A DNA stretch of 64,000 nucleotides, taken from IMG/VR virus record IMGVR_UViG_3300021600_000393, positions 37,133-101,132 of that record; one strand, 5' to 3'. The translations under genes were made by a program, and so were the position numbers. Below the pieces are notes generated by a model, which did not search any database, was not told the DNA's origin, and was given only the letters and a program-made list of their open reading frames with translations. How positions within the stretch are numbered: the stretch's first letter is position 1; the number at the start of each line of letters is the position of its first letter. Of the stretch, positions 48,407 through 58,418 are shown piece after piece. This stretch comes from a virus. Taxonomy: Duplodnaviria; Caudoviricetes.

Positions 48407-50376
48407 TAATTTTAACCACCACATATAATTGTGAAAACTATATTGAAAAATGTTTATTTAGTATAATGAGTCAAAAATTTACTGACTTTAAATGTTATAT
48501 AACTGACGACCTTTCTACAGATAAAACAGTTACAATTATAAAAAATACAATTAAAGATGACTCAAGATTTATTTTAATTGAAAATACAAAAAAAATGTAT
48601 CAACCTGGAAATTATGACCAAGTTATTAGGGGGTTAGATATTGATGGTGATGAAATTTGCGTTGAGGTTGATGGTGATGATTGGTTACCAAATTCAAATG
48701 TATTGGGATACGTAGATAATGTTTATAAAGACAAAAATATTTGGATGACAAGTGGTTCTTTTAAATATCATGACGGTAGACTTGGATTTTCAAAACCCCC
48801 AAGTCAATACGATAATGTAAGAAAACAAACATTTACCCTTTCACATATTAGAACTTGGAAATCTTGGTTGTGGAAAAAAATAGAACCTAAAGATTTAAAA
48901 AATGAAAATGGGGAATATTGGGACGTTGCCGGAGATTTATCTTTTATGTTTCCAATGTTTGAAATGTCAGGCAAAAAACATTATTTATTTATTCCTGAAA
49001 CATTATACACCTACAATGAATTAAATCCTATTAATGACCATAAAGTCAATATGGATAAGGTTACAAAAACGGTAAATAAAATACGTAATATGTCTTCTTA
49101 CAAAAAAATATCTAATGACGATACAAAAACTATTGATATGGTTACACCATATAGATTTGATGTAATAATTAAATATTTATATGCAAAATCTATTATTGAG
49201 GGGTTTAAAACCGACTTTTTTAAAGAAATGTATAAAGAACATTTGCGTCTTTGGAATGGGTTTAAAGAATATGATAATCCAAATAAAAATACGTTTGAAT
49301 CGTTTGATAATGAATTTAAGTTAATTATTAATTCAATACAAAAAAAAGGATTTGACCCTGAAGTTTCAAAAATTCCAATTACTGAGGATAAGTACATTGT
49401 TAATGGAGCACATAGATTAGCCGCGGCTTTAGCATGTAATAAAGAAATTGTTACAAAATCAGCCAATATGCCAACTGACGGTCAAAAAGATTGTAGTTGG
49501 GATGGGTTATTTAAAGGATTAAATTTACCAGAAAAATACGCAAACCAGACGGCAATAGAATATTCCAAACTAAAAAATAACGTATATGTTGTTACTTTAT
49601 TTCCATCAACTAAAGGAGATTTTAAGTCGGCAATTGAAATAATTAAAAATCATGGTAAATTAGTTTATTATAGACAAATTAATTTAAAAAATAATGGACC
49701 TCTTAATTTAATGAAAGAACTTTACGTTGGTGAAGAATGGGCCGGAGGTTATTTTAATAATTATAATGGATTTCGACTTAAAGAAAGTCTTTGTTTTACG
49801 TCAGAACATCCAACGTGGGTATTTTTAGCGGAATTTGATTCTATTGAAATAACAAGAATTGTTAAAAATAAAATTAGAGAAAAACATGGGGTTGGAAATC
49901 ATTCGGTTCATATAAATGACACTCATGAACAAACATTACGTTTGTCAAAAATATTTTTTAATGATAATAGTATTAATCATTTAAATAATACCCCTCAATT
50001 TAATTATTTAAAATTTGAAAACACAATTTCTAGTTTTAAAAATTTAATTGAAAAAAATAATTTAGATATTGACGACTATTGTCTGGTTGGAAGTTCTCCT
50101 TTATCTGTATACGGACTAAGAGAAGGTGAAGACCTTGATTACTTACACATTAACCCATTTAATATTAAAGACGATAAAGATTTAATTCATAGTCATAATG
50201 AATATGGTAAAAATTTATATGATTTAAATTACGATGAAATCATATTAAACCCTGACAATCATTTTTATTCTAGAGGAGTTAAATTCGCATCTTTAAACGT
50301 TATTAAAAACATGAAACAAAAAAGAAACGAAATAAAAGACGTAATTGATGTTAATTTAATAAATTCAATAACATGA
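48403..50376 (+). CDS. GT2 glycosyltransferase fused to ParB/Srx-like and nucleotidyltransferase-like domains
   Basis: TTYNCENYIEKCL..DDLSTD..VDGDDW; IVNGAHRLAAAL; VGSSPLSVYGLREGEDLD. Confidence 0.7.
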   Translation: MIILTTTYNCENYIEKCLFSIMSQKFTDFKCYITDDLSTDKTVTIIKNTIKDDSRFILIENTKKMYQPGNYDQVIRGLDIDGDEICVEVDGDDWLPNSNVLGYVDNVYKDKNIWMTSGSFKYHDGRLGFSKPPSQYDNVRKQTFTLSHIRTWKSWLWKKIEPKDLKNENGEYWDVAGDLSFMFPMFEMSGKKHYLFIPETLYTYNELNPINDHKVNMDKVTKTVNKIRNMSSYKKISNDDTKTIDMVTPYRFDVIIKYLYAKSIIEGFKTDFFKEMYKEHLRLWNGFKEYDNPNKNTFESFDNEFKLIINSIQKKGFDPEVSKIPITEDKYIVNGAHRLAAALACNKEIVTKSANMPTDGQKDCSWDGLFKGLNLPEKYANQTAIEYSKLKNNVYVVTLFPSTKGDFKSAIEIIKNHGKLVYYRQINLKNNGPLNLMKELYVGEEWAGGYFNNYNGFRLKESLCFTSEHPTWVFLAEFDSIEITRIVKNKIREKHGVGNHSVHINDTHEQTLRLSKIFFNDNSINHLNNTPQFNYLKFENTISSFKNLIEKNNLDIDDYCLVGSSPLSVYGLREGEDLDYLHINPFNIKDDKDLIHSHNEYGKNLYDLNYDEIILNPDNHFYSRGVKFASLNVIKNMKQKRNEIKDVIDVNLINSIT

Positions 50377-51206
50377 AAAAAATATATTTCGCAAACACAA
50401 CTTGGAACGAAAGTCCCCAGTTAATTGAGAATTTTATTCATCAAACACCAGAAAATTTAGGTGTTTGGGAGAATATTATATACACTCTAAATAAAGATGA
50501 AAGCGATTATATTATTGTAATGGACGAAACTACAGAATCTGTTGACCCTAAAAAAGTTATTTTTTTTGGGCGTGAACCACATTATATAGGTCTTAGAAAA
50601 TGGACTCAAGAAAGTTATGGTAATTATCACCACGAATTAGGTAATTCATGGTTGGCAATGACATGGTGGACTAAAATTCAATTCAATGATTTAGTTAATA
50701 TGGAACCAATAAAGAATAAAGATTTAAGCGCAATTGATTCTGGTAAACGACATACTCCCTATCATAAATTTAGAGCCGATTTAATTACTTCTTTTTTAAA
50801 AAAACACCCAAAAGAAATAGATGGTTATGGACATATATGTAATAATGTTTTACCTTATAGAGACAAAACTAAAGGACTAATGGATTACAGATATAATTTA
50901 GTGTTAGAAAATGGCAAAACTGATTTTTATTTTAGTGAAAAATTTTGTGACCCTTTGTTGTTTCTTACAATGCCAATTTATAAAGGATGCAAAAAAATAG
51001 ATAAATTTTTTCCAAAAGGGAGTTATATTGAATTTGACGATTCTAAAGGGATTGATTACGCTATCGATATGATTTTTGATTATTCAAAATCAAAGTATAG
51101 AGAAGAAAATATTGAATTATTAAAAGAAGCTAGAGATTTAACACTAAATAAATATAACATATGGAACACCATTTCATTGGCAGTTAATAATAAAAAAATC
51201 ATATAA
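50373..51206 (+). CDS. GT10-like fucosyltransferase
   Basis: DK..GL.DYRYNLVLEN....YFSEKFCD.LL..PIY.G. Confidence 0.75.
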   Translation: MKKIYFANTTWNESPQLIENFIHQTPENLGVWENIIYTLNKDESDYIIVMDETTESVDPKKVIFFGREPHYIGLRKWTQESYGNYHHELGNSWLAMTWWTKIQFNDLVNMEPIKNKDLSAIDSGKRHTPYHKFRADLITSFLKKHPKEIDGYGHICNNVLPYRDKTKGLMDYRYNLVLENGKTDFYFSEKFCDPLLFLTMPIYKGCKKIDKFFPKGSYIEFDDSKGIDYAIDMIFDYSKSKYREENIELLKEARDLTLNKYNIWNTISLAVNNKKII

Positions 51207-51619
51207 TGGAAAAAATATATTCTAAAATAAATCCTGAAAAATTATTACATATAATTGTTCGTAAAGAAGACATTAAATCATTAAGAGAAGATATAATACC
51301 TGAAAATAACTTTTTACAATGTTCTACTTTAAATTTACATAAAGGAAAAACATTTAAACCACATAAACATATTTGGAAAGAAAAAAATCATAATGTTATT
51401 GCTCAAGAGAGTTGGGTCGTAATACAAGGTAGTGTGACGTGTTTTCTTTATGATTTAAATGACGAAATTATTTCAGAACCAATATTATATCCTGGTGATG
51501 CTAGTTTTACTTTAGAAGGAGGTCATAATTATTTAATTAATGAAGAGAATACTTTAGTTTATGAATATAAAACAGGACCTTATGAAGGTCAAAAAATGGA
51601 TAAAACTTTTATAAAATAA
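51206..51619 (+). CDS. WbuC-like cupin metalloprotein
   Basis: KPHKH...QESWVVIQG...GGH...EYKTGPY. Confidence 0.65.
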   Translation: MEKIYSKINPEKLLHIIVRKEDIKSLREDIIPENNFLQCSTLNLHKGKTFKPHKHIWKEKNHNVIAQESWVVIQGSVTCFLYDLNDEIISEPILYPGDASFTLEGGHNYLINEENTLVYEYKTGPYEGQKMDKTFIK

Positions 51620-51621
51620 TC

Positions 51622-52563
51622 ATGATTATAACTTTTTTCTGTGTAGGGGCAGTGATATTTGCGACCTACATGTATTTCACAATTTGGAATAATTATAATT
51701 CACAAACAAAGTCAAAAAGAAAAGATTATTCCAATCTTGGTGGTGAAAGTGTCGATTTACCAGAAAATATCCTGAAATTTACGGATTTTAAATACAAATA
51801 CGAAGAAATTGTAAAACACACTTTTAATAATTCTTTTTTTAAAAATTATTCAGTAAATGGTATTGATAAATTAACAGAAGATAAGTGGAGAGAGACTTTT
51901 CCGGCAATATATGTTATTGGGCCTGAAAATAATATAAGTGATATTATTAAGGAGGCAACTAAGGAGGGGTTTATAAATTTGATAAAATTTTTACACCCTA
52001 AACTTATGAAAGAAACAATTAAAGAAATTAATGGATGTGACGAATTTACTTCTTGGATGACTAAAAAAACAAATTTAAATTGTTTTGGTTGTCACTTGTC
52101 ACATGTTATAGTTGCTAAAGATATAATTGATAATAATTATGATTATGCTTTAGTTTTAGAAAACGATTGTAAATTTGAAGTGTCAATTTCAAATGAGATA
52201 TTAAATGAAATAAAAGATTTATATAAAAATTATTCAAATGATTTAAATTATTTAAATTTAGGAAATTCTAAAAGTGGTGAATTGTTTACAAAGACTAAAA
52301 ATTTAGAAATAGTGAACTCTCAAACTTTTTTTACTCACAGTTATATCATAAACAAATTAACTGCAAAATTTTTATATGAATCGGTTGACATAAGTAAACC
52401 CAAACCCGACCATAATTTTATGGGTGAAAGTTGGGACCATGAACAATTTTATAGGGCAGGAGCTGATGATTTTTTTAGTTGTTATGTGAATTCTTTTACT
52501 TTATCTAAAGGTTTTACATTTCAACAATTTATTGGTGATAACAGACATTTAAAAGCATTATGA
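51622..52563 (+). CDS. GT25-like glycosyltransferase with N-terminal hydrophobic anchor
   Basis: GCHLSHV...YALVLEND, THSYII; N-terminus MIITFFCVGAVIFATYMYFTIW. Confidence 0.7.
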   Translation: MIITFFCVGAVIFATYMYFTIWNNYNSQTKSKRKDYSNLGGESVDLPENILKFTDFKYKYEEIVKHTFNNSFFKNYSVNGIDKLTEDKWRETFPAIYVIGPENNISDIIKEATKEGFINLIKFLHPKLMKETIKEINGCDEFTSWMTKKTNLNCFGCHLSHVIVAKDIIDNNYDYALVLENDCKFEVSISNEILNEIKDLYKNYSNDLNYLNLGNSKSGELFTKTKNLEIVNSQTFFTHSYIINKLTAKFLYESVDISKPKPDHNFMGESWDHEQFYRAGADDFFSCYVNSFTLSKGFTFQQFIGDNRHLKAL

Positions 52564-53108
52564 TGAAATTACATTTAGGTTGCGGGAAAAGGGATTTTGG
52601 TCCTGAATGGATTAGTATTGATGGAGGAGATTACCCTCATCTAAAATACCATGATATTACATTATTACCATTTGAAGATAATTCAGTTGACCTTATATAC
52701 GCATCACACGTTTTAGAATATTTTGATAGAGAAGAAGTTGTTTTAATACTAAAAGAATGGCGTAGAGTTTTAAAACCGGAGGGTAATTTAAGAATTGCGG
52801 TTCCTAATTTTAAATCTATTTGTGAATTGTATCTACATAAAAATATACCTATTGAAAAATTTTTAGGTCCAATTTATGGAAAAATGAAAATGTTAAAAAA
52901 TACAATTTATCATAAAACAACTTATGATTTTAATTCTTTAAAAAATTTATTAACTATATGTGGATTTTACGAAATAATTGAGTATGATTGGAGAAACACG
53001 GAACACAGTAATTTTGATGACCATTCTCAAGCTTATATCCCTCACATGGACAAAACAAACGGAACTTTAATAAGTTTAAATGTGACATCAAAAAAAAATA
53101 AGTTATAA
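52560..53108 (+). CDS. SAM methyltransferase (Methyltransf_11)
   Basis: LHLGCG, LPFEDNSVDLIYASHVLE, RVLKPEG.LRIAVP. Confidence 0.9.
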   Translation: MMKLHLGCGKRDFGPEWISIDGGDYPHLKYHDITLLPFEDNSVDLIYASHVLEYFDREEVVLILKEWRRVLKPEGNLRIAVPNFKSICELYLHKNIPIEKFLGPIYGKMKMLKNTIYHKTTYDFNSLKNLLTICGFYEIIEYDWRNTEHSNFDDHSQAYIPHMDKTNGTLISLNVTSKKNKL

Positions 53109-53114
53109 AAAAAT

Positions 53115-53714
53115 ATGAGTGATTTTAATATTATAACAAAATTTGAAGAAGAAATGTCAATTTTTTTTGGCTCAAAATACGCAATCGCTGTTGACAGTTG
53201 CACACATGGTATTGAATTGTGTTTAAGACATTTTAATGTTAAAAATATTTCAATTCCAAAAAACACTTACATATCAGTCCCATTTTTATCTAATAAGTTA
53301 AATATTGCTCTTGAATGGCGAGATGAAATTTGGGAAGATTATTATTATATTACCCCAACTATTATTGACGCAGCAGTATTGTGGAAAAAAAATAGTTATG
53401 TCCCAGGGACGTTTATGTCATTAAGTTTTCAATATCAAAAACATCTTTCTTTAGGTAGAGGAGGTATGATTTTAACTGATAATGAAGATGTTGCAAAACA
53501 ATTAAAAAAAATGTCGTATGATGGTAGACTCCCAAATATTCCTTGGAGAGACCAAGATATTGATACCTTTGGATTACATTATTATATGACCCCTGAAACC
53601 GCAAAATTAGGTTTAGAAAAATTAGAATTAGCGATAAATACAGAACCCCGCAAATGGAAATGTTCCGATTGGCCGGACTTAACACAAATGAAAATTTTTA
53701 ATTATGAATTATAA
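53115..53714 (+). CDS. Compact DegT/DnrJ-family sugar aminotransferase
   Basis: AIAVDSCTHGIELCL, IDAA, SFQYQKHLSLGRGGMILTD. Confidence 0.75.
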   Translation: MSDFNIITKFEEEMSIFFGSKYAIAVDSCTHGIELCLRHFNVKNISIPKNTYISVPFLSNKLNIALEWRDEIWEDYYYITPTIIDAAVLWKKNSYVPGTFMSLSFQYQKHLSLGRGGMILTDNEDVAKQLKKMSYDGRLPNIPWRDQDIDTFGLHYYMTPETAKLGLEKLELAINTEPRKWKCSDWPDLTQMKIFNYEL

Positions 53715-53961
53715 TATTTTTGATTCGGTTTGTTATACAAATTTGGACCCTGTTGTTCCATTTACAAAAGTTGCCGAATATGATACACTTAATGAAGTGA
53801 GAAACTTTTTATCTAACTCTAATGAATTAATTAAATATTTTGTGTGTGATAAAAATAATAACATATTATTTGATAGTTTTACAAAAATTTATGAGTCGCC
53901 GGACAATGGTAAGACCATTTATGAAAGAAATATTTTACAATTAAATAAAAAAATTAAATGA
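53704..53961 (+). CDS. Hypothetical protein
   Basis: Overlaps both neighbours; YESPDNGKTIYER. Confidence 0.55.
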   Translation: MNYNIFDSVCYTNLDPVVPFTKVAEYDTLNEVRNFLSNSNELIKYFVCDKNNNILFDSFTKIYESPDNGKTIYERNILQLNKKIK

Positions 53962-54932
53962 TTAATAAAAAAGCTTTTATAACAGGTGTAAATGGTCAAG
54001 ACGGAAGTTATTTGGCCGAATATTTACTTTCATTAGGGTATGAAGTCCATGGTATGATTAGAAGACATTCTATGGCAGAAAACCAAGATTCTAGAGTTAC
54101 CCATCTAACAGATAAAATTGTAACTCATTATGGTGATTTATTAGATGAAAGTTCTATTGACACTATATTAAAAAAAATAAACCCAGACGAAATTTATAAT
54201 ATTGGGGCTCAAAGTCACGTTAGAATTAGTTTTGATATTCCACAATTTACAGTAAAAACAAACGCTCTGGGGGTATTAAATATGTTAGAATCATACCGAA
54301 GAGTTTGTCCTGACGCAAAATTTTATCAAGCAAGTTCATCGGAAATGTTTGGTAATAGTGTTGATGAAGATGGATTCCAAAGAGAAAGCACACCTATGAC
54401 CCCAGTAAGCCCTTATGGTTGTTCAAAACTATTCGCATATTCGATTGTTAAAAATTACAGAAACTCATATAAGTTACACGCGACTAATGGTATATTATTT
54501 AATCATGAATCCCCAAGACGAGGTTCTAATTTTGTAACAAATAAAGTTGTTAAAACCGCAGTTCAAATTAAATTAGGTTTATCTAAGAACCTTGAACTTG
54601 GTAATATGGACACTTACAGAGATTGGGGACATTCTAAAGACTATGTTAAAGCAATGCATATGATTCTTAATCATGAAAAACCGGATGATTTTGTTGTATC
54701 TACAATGATTACTCATTCAGTAAGAGAAATGACTGATTACGTATTTAAAAAATTAGATTTAAATTATAAAGATTATGTTAGTGAAAATATAATTTTAAAA
54801 AGACCTGAAGAATTAAAATATTTAAAGGGGGATTCTACAAAAACTAGAACAATTTTGGGATGGAAACCTGAATATACTTTTGAAAGTATGTTAGACGAGA
54901 TGATAGAATATTGGTTAGATAAATTTAATTAA
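53958..54932 (+). CDS. gmd: GDP-mannose 4,6-dehydratase
   Basis: ITGVNGQDGSYLAE, AQSHV, YQASSSE, SPYGCSK, FNHESPRRG..FVT, RDWGH. Confidence 0.95.
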   Translation: MINKKAFITGVNGQDGSYLAEYLLSLGYEVHGMIRRHSMAENQDSRVTHLTDKIVTHYGDLLDESSIDTILKKINPDEIYNIGAQSHVRISFDIPQFTVKTNALGVLNMLESYRRVCPDAKFYQASSSEMFGNSVDEDGFQRESTPMTPVSPYGCSKLFAYSIVKNYRNSYKLHATNGILFNHESPRRGSNFVTNKVVKTAVQIKLGLSKNLELGNMDTYRDWGHSKDYVKAMHMILNHEKPDDFVVSTMITHSVREMTDYVFKKLDLNYKDYVSENIILKRPEELKYLKGDSTKTRTILGWKPEYTFESMLDEMIEYWLDKFN

Positions 54933-54941
54933 TTTAAAAAA

Positions 54942-55676
54942 ATGGAAAAAAGAAATAGAAAAAAAGTAGTACAACAAAATACCGAAGACGTTACCGAAAA
55001 AAAAAGTAAAAAAGAACTAATTTGTTCAATAATAAAGAAAAAAACAAAAGAAAAATTTTTATCTGAAAATCAAAAAATTTATTATGATAATTTAAATAAA
55101 AATCAAATTACGCTATGTTCTGGACCGGCAGGTGTTGGAAAAAGTTACATTTCCATGAAATGCGCCATCGACTTATTATCAGACCCTGAAACCCCTTATG
55201 AGAAAATTATTATTGTTAGACCCGCAGTTGAAGCGGAAGAAAAACTTGGTAGTTTACCTGGAAATGTTGAAGAAAAGTTAGACCCATACATTTTTCCATC
55301 GTATTATTTGTTAAATAAAATTATTGGTAAAACCTCTAGAGAAAAATTAAAAGAGATTGAAGCAATAGAAGTTTTTGCGTTGGCATTTATGCGTGGAATG
55401 AACATTGATAATTCGATTTTAATTTTTGAAGAAGCTCAAAATTCTACTCCAAGTCAAATGAAATTATTATTAACTAGAATAGGGTATAACTCTAAGTTTT
55501 TTATATCTGGAGATTTAGAACAAACTGATAGATATAAAGATATAAAACAAAGTGGATTGTACGACGCAATACAAAAATTTCAAAATATGAATGACGTTGT
55601 TGTTTTTAACTTTGAAACTAAAGATATTGTGAGGAACCCATTAATTAGTAAAATACTTAAAAGATACGAAGAATGA
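54942..55676 (+). CDS. phoH: PhoH-family ATPase
   Basis: GPAGVGKS, RPAVE, LGSLPG, FMRG, EEAQN, LTRIG, GD..Q.D, VRNPL. Confidence 0.92.
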   Translation: MEKRNRKKVVQQNTEDVTEKKSKKELICSIIKKKTKEKFLSENQKIYYDNLNKNQITLCSGPAGVGKSYISMKCAIDLLSDPETPYEKIIIVRPAVEAEEKLGSLPGNVEEKLDPYIFPSYYLLNKIIGKTSREKLKEIEAIEVFALAFMRGMNIDNSILIFEEAQNSTPSQMKLLLTRIGYNSKFFISGDLEQTDRYKDIKQSGLYDAIQKFQNMNDVVVFNFETKDIVRNPLISKILKRYEE

Positions 55677-56275
55677 GAATTGGTGTGGAACTTAATGGTG
55701 TTTTAAGAAATACTCTTGGTAAAATAGAACAAACTTACCAAAAATATATGATTGAAAAAATGGAAGGGGTTGATGATGAAAACTCATTTAAGTACGAGTT
55801 AAAATTACCTATAACTTCTTTAGAACTTTCAAATCACTTAATGTTTGAAAATGAAGGTGATTTATATTCATTTCTTTATGAAGAATTTCCTATGGAAATA
55901 TTTGGACATTCACAATCAACAGAATATACCACATTTAATGATTTAAATGAACAATATGTTAATTTAAGAGATTCTCACGATTTATTAATAGTGTCTGATG
56001 AAATTGGAAAATCTAAACCATCGTCATTATTTTTTCTTTCTAAATTTGGATGTCAGTTGGAAAAAATAAAATTTTATAGTAATTCAACAATTAATTCAAT
56101 GTGGAATGAAATAGATGTTTTACTTACTGCGAATCCTACCTTATTATTAAACCATCCTGAAGATAAACTTGTTATTAAATATGAAACAATTTATAATCAA
56201 GAAATAAACACAATTCATAAAATTAAAAAAATAAAAGAATTGGAAGAAATTATTAAACAAATTGCAACATGTTAA
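55673..56275 (+). CDS. 5'-nucleotidase (NT5C)-like HAD-fold protein with degenerate motif I
   Basis: MRIGVELNGVLRN in place of I.IDxDGV; late ANP and YN motifs. Confidence 0.5.
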   Translation: MRIGVELNGVLRNTLGKIEQTYQKYMIEKMEGVDDENSFKYELKLPITSLELSNHLMFENEGDLYSFLYEEFPMEIFGHSQSTEYTTFNDLNEQYVNLRDSHDLLIVSDEIGKSKPSSLFFLSKFGCQLEKIKFYSNSTINSMWNEIDVLLTANPTLLLNHPEDKLVIKYETIYNQEINTIHKIKKIKELEEIIKQIATC

Positions 56276-56532
56276 AAATATTAGGGGAACATTATTATTT
56301 AGACCTTGATGAAATTGAAGAATATATTAACATTCCTCAAACAACCGCAACAACTGAAAATCATATCAGTATTGTTAAATATGAAATAGTAAAAGTCCTT
56401 ATGGATACAATATTAACTGAAAATGAACCTGTTGACGAAACGTTAGGGATAAAATCAAGCGGTAATATGACAATCTCATTTAAAGTTGCATTTAACACCT
56501 TATTAAATAAAAAATTATTAAACAAATACTAA
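56269..56532 (+). CDS. Hypothetical protein
   Basis: Overlapping ORF in the operon. Confidence 0.6.
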   Translation: MLKILGEHYYLDLDEIEEYINIPQTTATTENHISIVKYEIVKVLMDTILTENEPVDETLGIKSSGNMTISFKVAFNTLLNKKLLNKY

Positions 56533-56536
56533 ACAT

Positions 56537-57598
56537 ATGAATACAGAACAAATTTCAAAAATTAAAACATCAATTGACAACTTGAAAGAAAAAAAATCAA
56601 GGATTTATTTTTTAGTTCAAGACACTAAAGGTAATGCTAAAGCATCAATGGCCTACATTTATAGATTAGCTCTTACTTTAAAAAATAATGGGTATAATGC
56701 AATTATTTTACACGAAAAAGTAGATTATACTGGAGTTTCAACTTGGTTGGGTGAAGAATACATGGAGAATTTACCACATAAACCAATTGAAGGTGAAAAT
56801 TTAGAGGTATCACCTGAAGATTTAATTGTTATTCCAGAATTATTTGGTTTTGTAATGTCACAACTTACTAAAATGCCGTGTGGTAAAATAGTACTTTGTC
56901 AAGCATATGACCATATCTTAGAAACATTGCAACCTGGGGCCACATGGACTCAATTAGGTTTTTTAAAATGTATAACTACTTCAGATTATCAAAAAGATTT
57001 TGTTGAAGGTTTAATGAGAAATATGTCATTTGACATACTACCCCCTTATATTTCAGATTCTTTTGAAAAACAAATATTACCACCAAATCCAATAATTGCA
57101 ATACATTCTAGAGAACAAAGAGAAAGTATAAATATTATTAAATCTTTTTATATTAAATTTCCACAATATAGATGGGTTACATTTAGAGATATGAGAGGGT
57201 TAAGCGAACAAGAATTTGCGTCTGTTTTAAAAGATTCGTTTTTGTCTGTTTGGATTGATGAAACAAGTTCTTATGGAACGTTTCCATTAGAATCCATGAA
57301 AGTTGGCGTACCTGTTATTGGTTTAACACCTAATTTAGTGCCTACTTGGATGAACGAAAATAATGGAGTTTGGGTAAACAATAAAATTCAAATTCTTGAC
57401 TTTATTGCCGATTTTTTACAAAATTGGTTAGAAGATAACGTTAAACAAGATTTATATATTGAGATGTTAAAAACAGTTGAAAATTTACCATCAAAAACCA
57501 ATTTTGAAACTAAAACAGTTGAACTTTTTAGTGGATACATAAACACAAGAGCTACTTCATTTGAAGAGCAATTATCTAAATTAGAAACCACAGAATAA
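56537..57598 (+). CDS. GT-B glycosyltransferase-like protein
   Basis: DLIVIPE, SSYGTFPLESMKVGVPVIG. Confidence 0.7.
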   Translation: MNTEQISKIKTSIDNLKEKKSRIYFLVQDTKGNAKASMAYIYRLALTLKNNGYNAIILHEKVDYTGVSTWLGEEYMENLPHKPIEGENLEVSPEDLIVIPELFGFVMSQLTKMPCGKIVLCQAYDHILETLQPGATWTQLGFLKCITTSDYQKDFVEGLMRNMSFDILPPYISDSFEKQILPPNPIIAIHSREQRESINIIKSFYIKFPQYRWVTFRDMRGLSEQEFASVLKDSFLSVWIDETSSYGTFPLESMKVGVPVIGLTPNLVPTWMNENNGVWVNNKIQILDFIADFLQNWLEDNVKQDLYIEMLKTVENLPSKTNFETKTVELFSGYINTRATSFEEQLSKLETTE

Positions 57599-57599
57599 T

Positions 57600-58418
57600 A
57601 TGACAAAGACTACCGAAAAAAAATTTACAATTTCTGTAATTTTACCAATTAAATCAGGTAAAGCGAACGGATTTACAGATTACTTTACTAAATGTATTGA
57701 ATCTATTAAAACACAAGAATCTAAAATTAATGAATTAATTATTGTTCATACTGATGAAGATTATATTACTGAATATCTAAAAAGTTTTGATTTTGGAGAC
57801 ATAAATGTACAATCACTCCCTTGGACTGGAGAACCTAATTTTGCGGAACAAGTAAATTATGGTGTTGAACAATCCAAATCAGAATGGATTTCATTATTAG
57901 AATTTGATGATGAATATTCTAAAATATGGTTTAAAAATGTTGAAAAATATAGTTCAGTTTACCCAGATTGTGATGCTTTTTTACCAATTGTTGTTGACGT
58001 TGATGAAAAAAGTATGTTTGTTGGTTTTACAAATGAAGCTAGTTTTGCTTTAAATGTTTCATCTGAAATGGGAGTTTTAACAAATGAAACTTTACATCAA
58101 TTTCAAAATTTTCAAATTGCCGGAATGGCGTTTAAAAAAGAAAAATATATAGAATATGGTAAAATTAAACCAAGTTTTAAATTAACTTTTGGATATGAAT
58201 TCTTTTTAAGAATGACTTATAACATGTCAAAAATTATGACAATCCCAAGAATTGGTTATAAACACATGAATTTACGTGAAGGTTCTATTTTTTGGAATTA
58301 TAAAAACGGTGAAAATGTTTTATCTGAAAATGAAGTTAAATTTTGGATTGAAAGTGCAAAAAAAGAATATTTTTTTAATAAAGATAGACAGATAAAATAT
58401 GTACCAGAATCTATTTAA
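57600..58418 (+). CDS. GT2 glycosyltransferase
   Basis: ISVILPI, CIESIK.Q, VNYGV, WISLLEFDD. Confidence 0.75.
   Translation: MTKTTEKKFTISVILPIKSGKANGFTDYFTKCIESIKTQESKINELIIVHTDEDYITEYLKSFDFGDINVQSLPWTGEPNFAEQVNYGVEQSKSEWISLLEFDDEYSKIWFKNVEKYSSVYPDCDAFLPIVVDVDEKSMFVGFTNEASFALNVSSEMGVLTNETLHQFQNFQIAGMAFKKEKYIEYGKIKPSFKLTFGYEFFLRMTYNMSKIMTIPRIGYKHMNLREGSIFWNYKNGENVLSENEVKFWIESAKKEYFFNKDRQIKYVPESI

Noticed and set aside
31894-58418. Bacterial LPS/capsule locus or chromosomal origin
   Set aside because: No transport, polymerase or housekeeping genes; the clusters are interleaved with phage structural and replication genes
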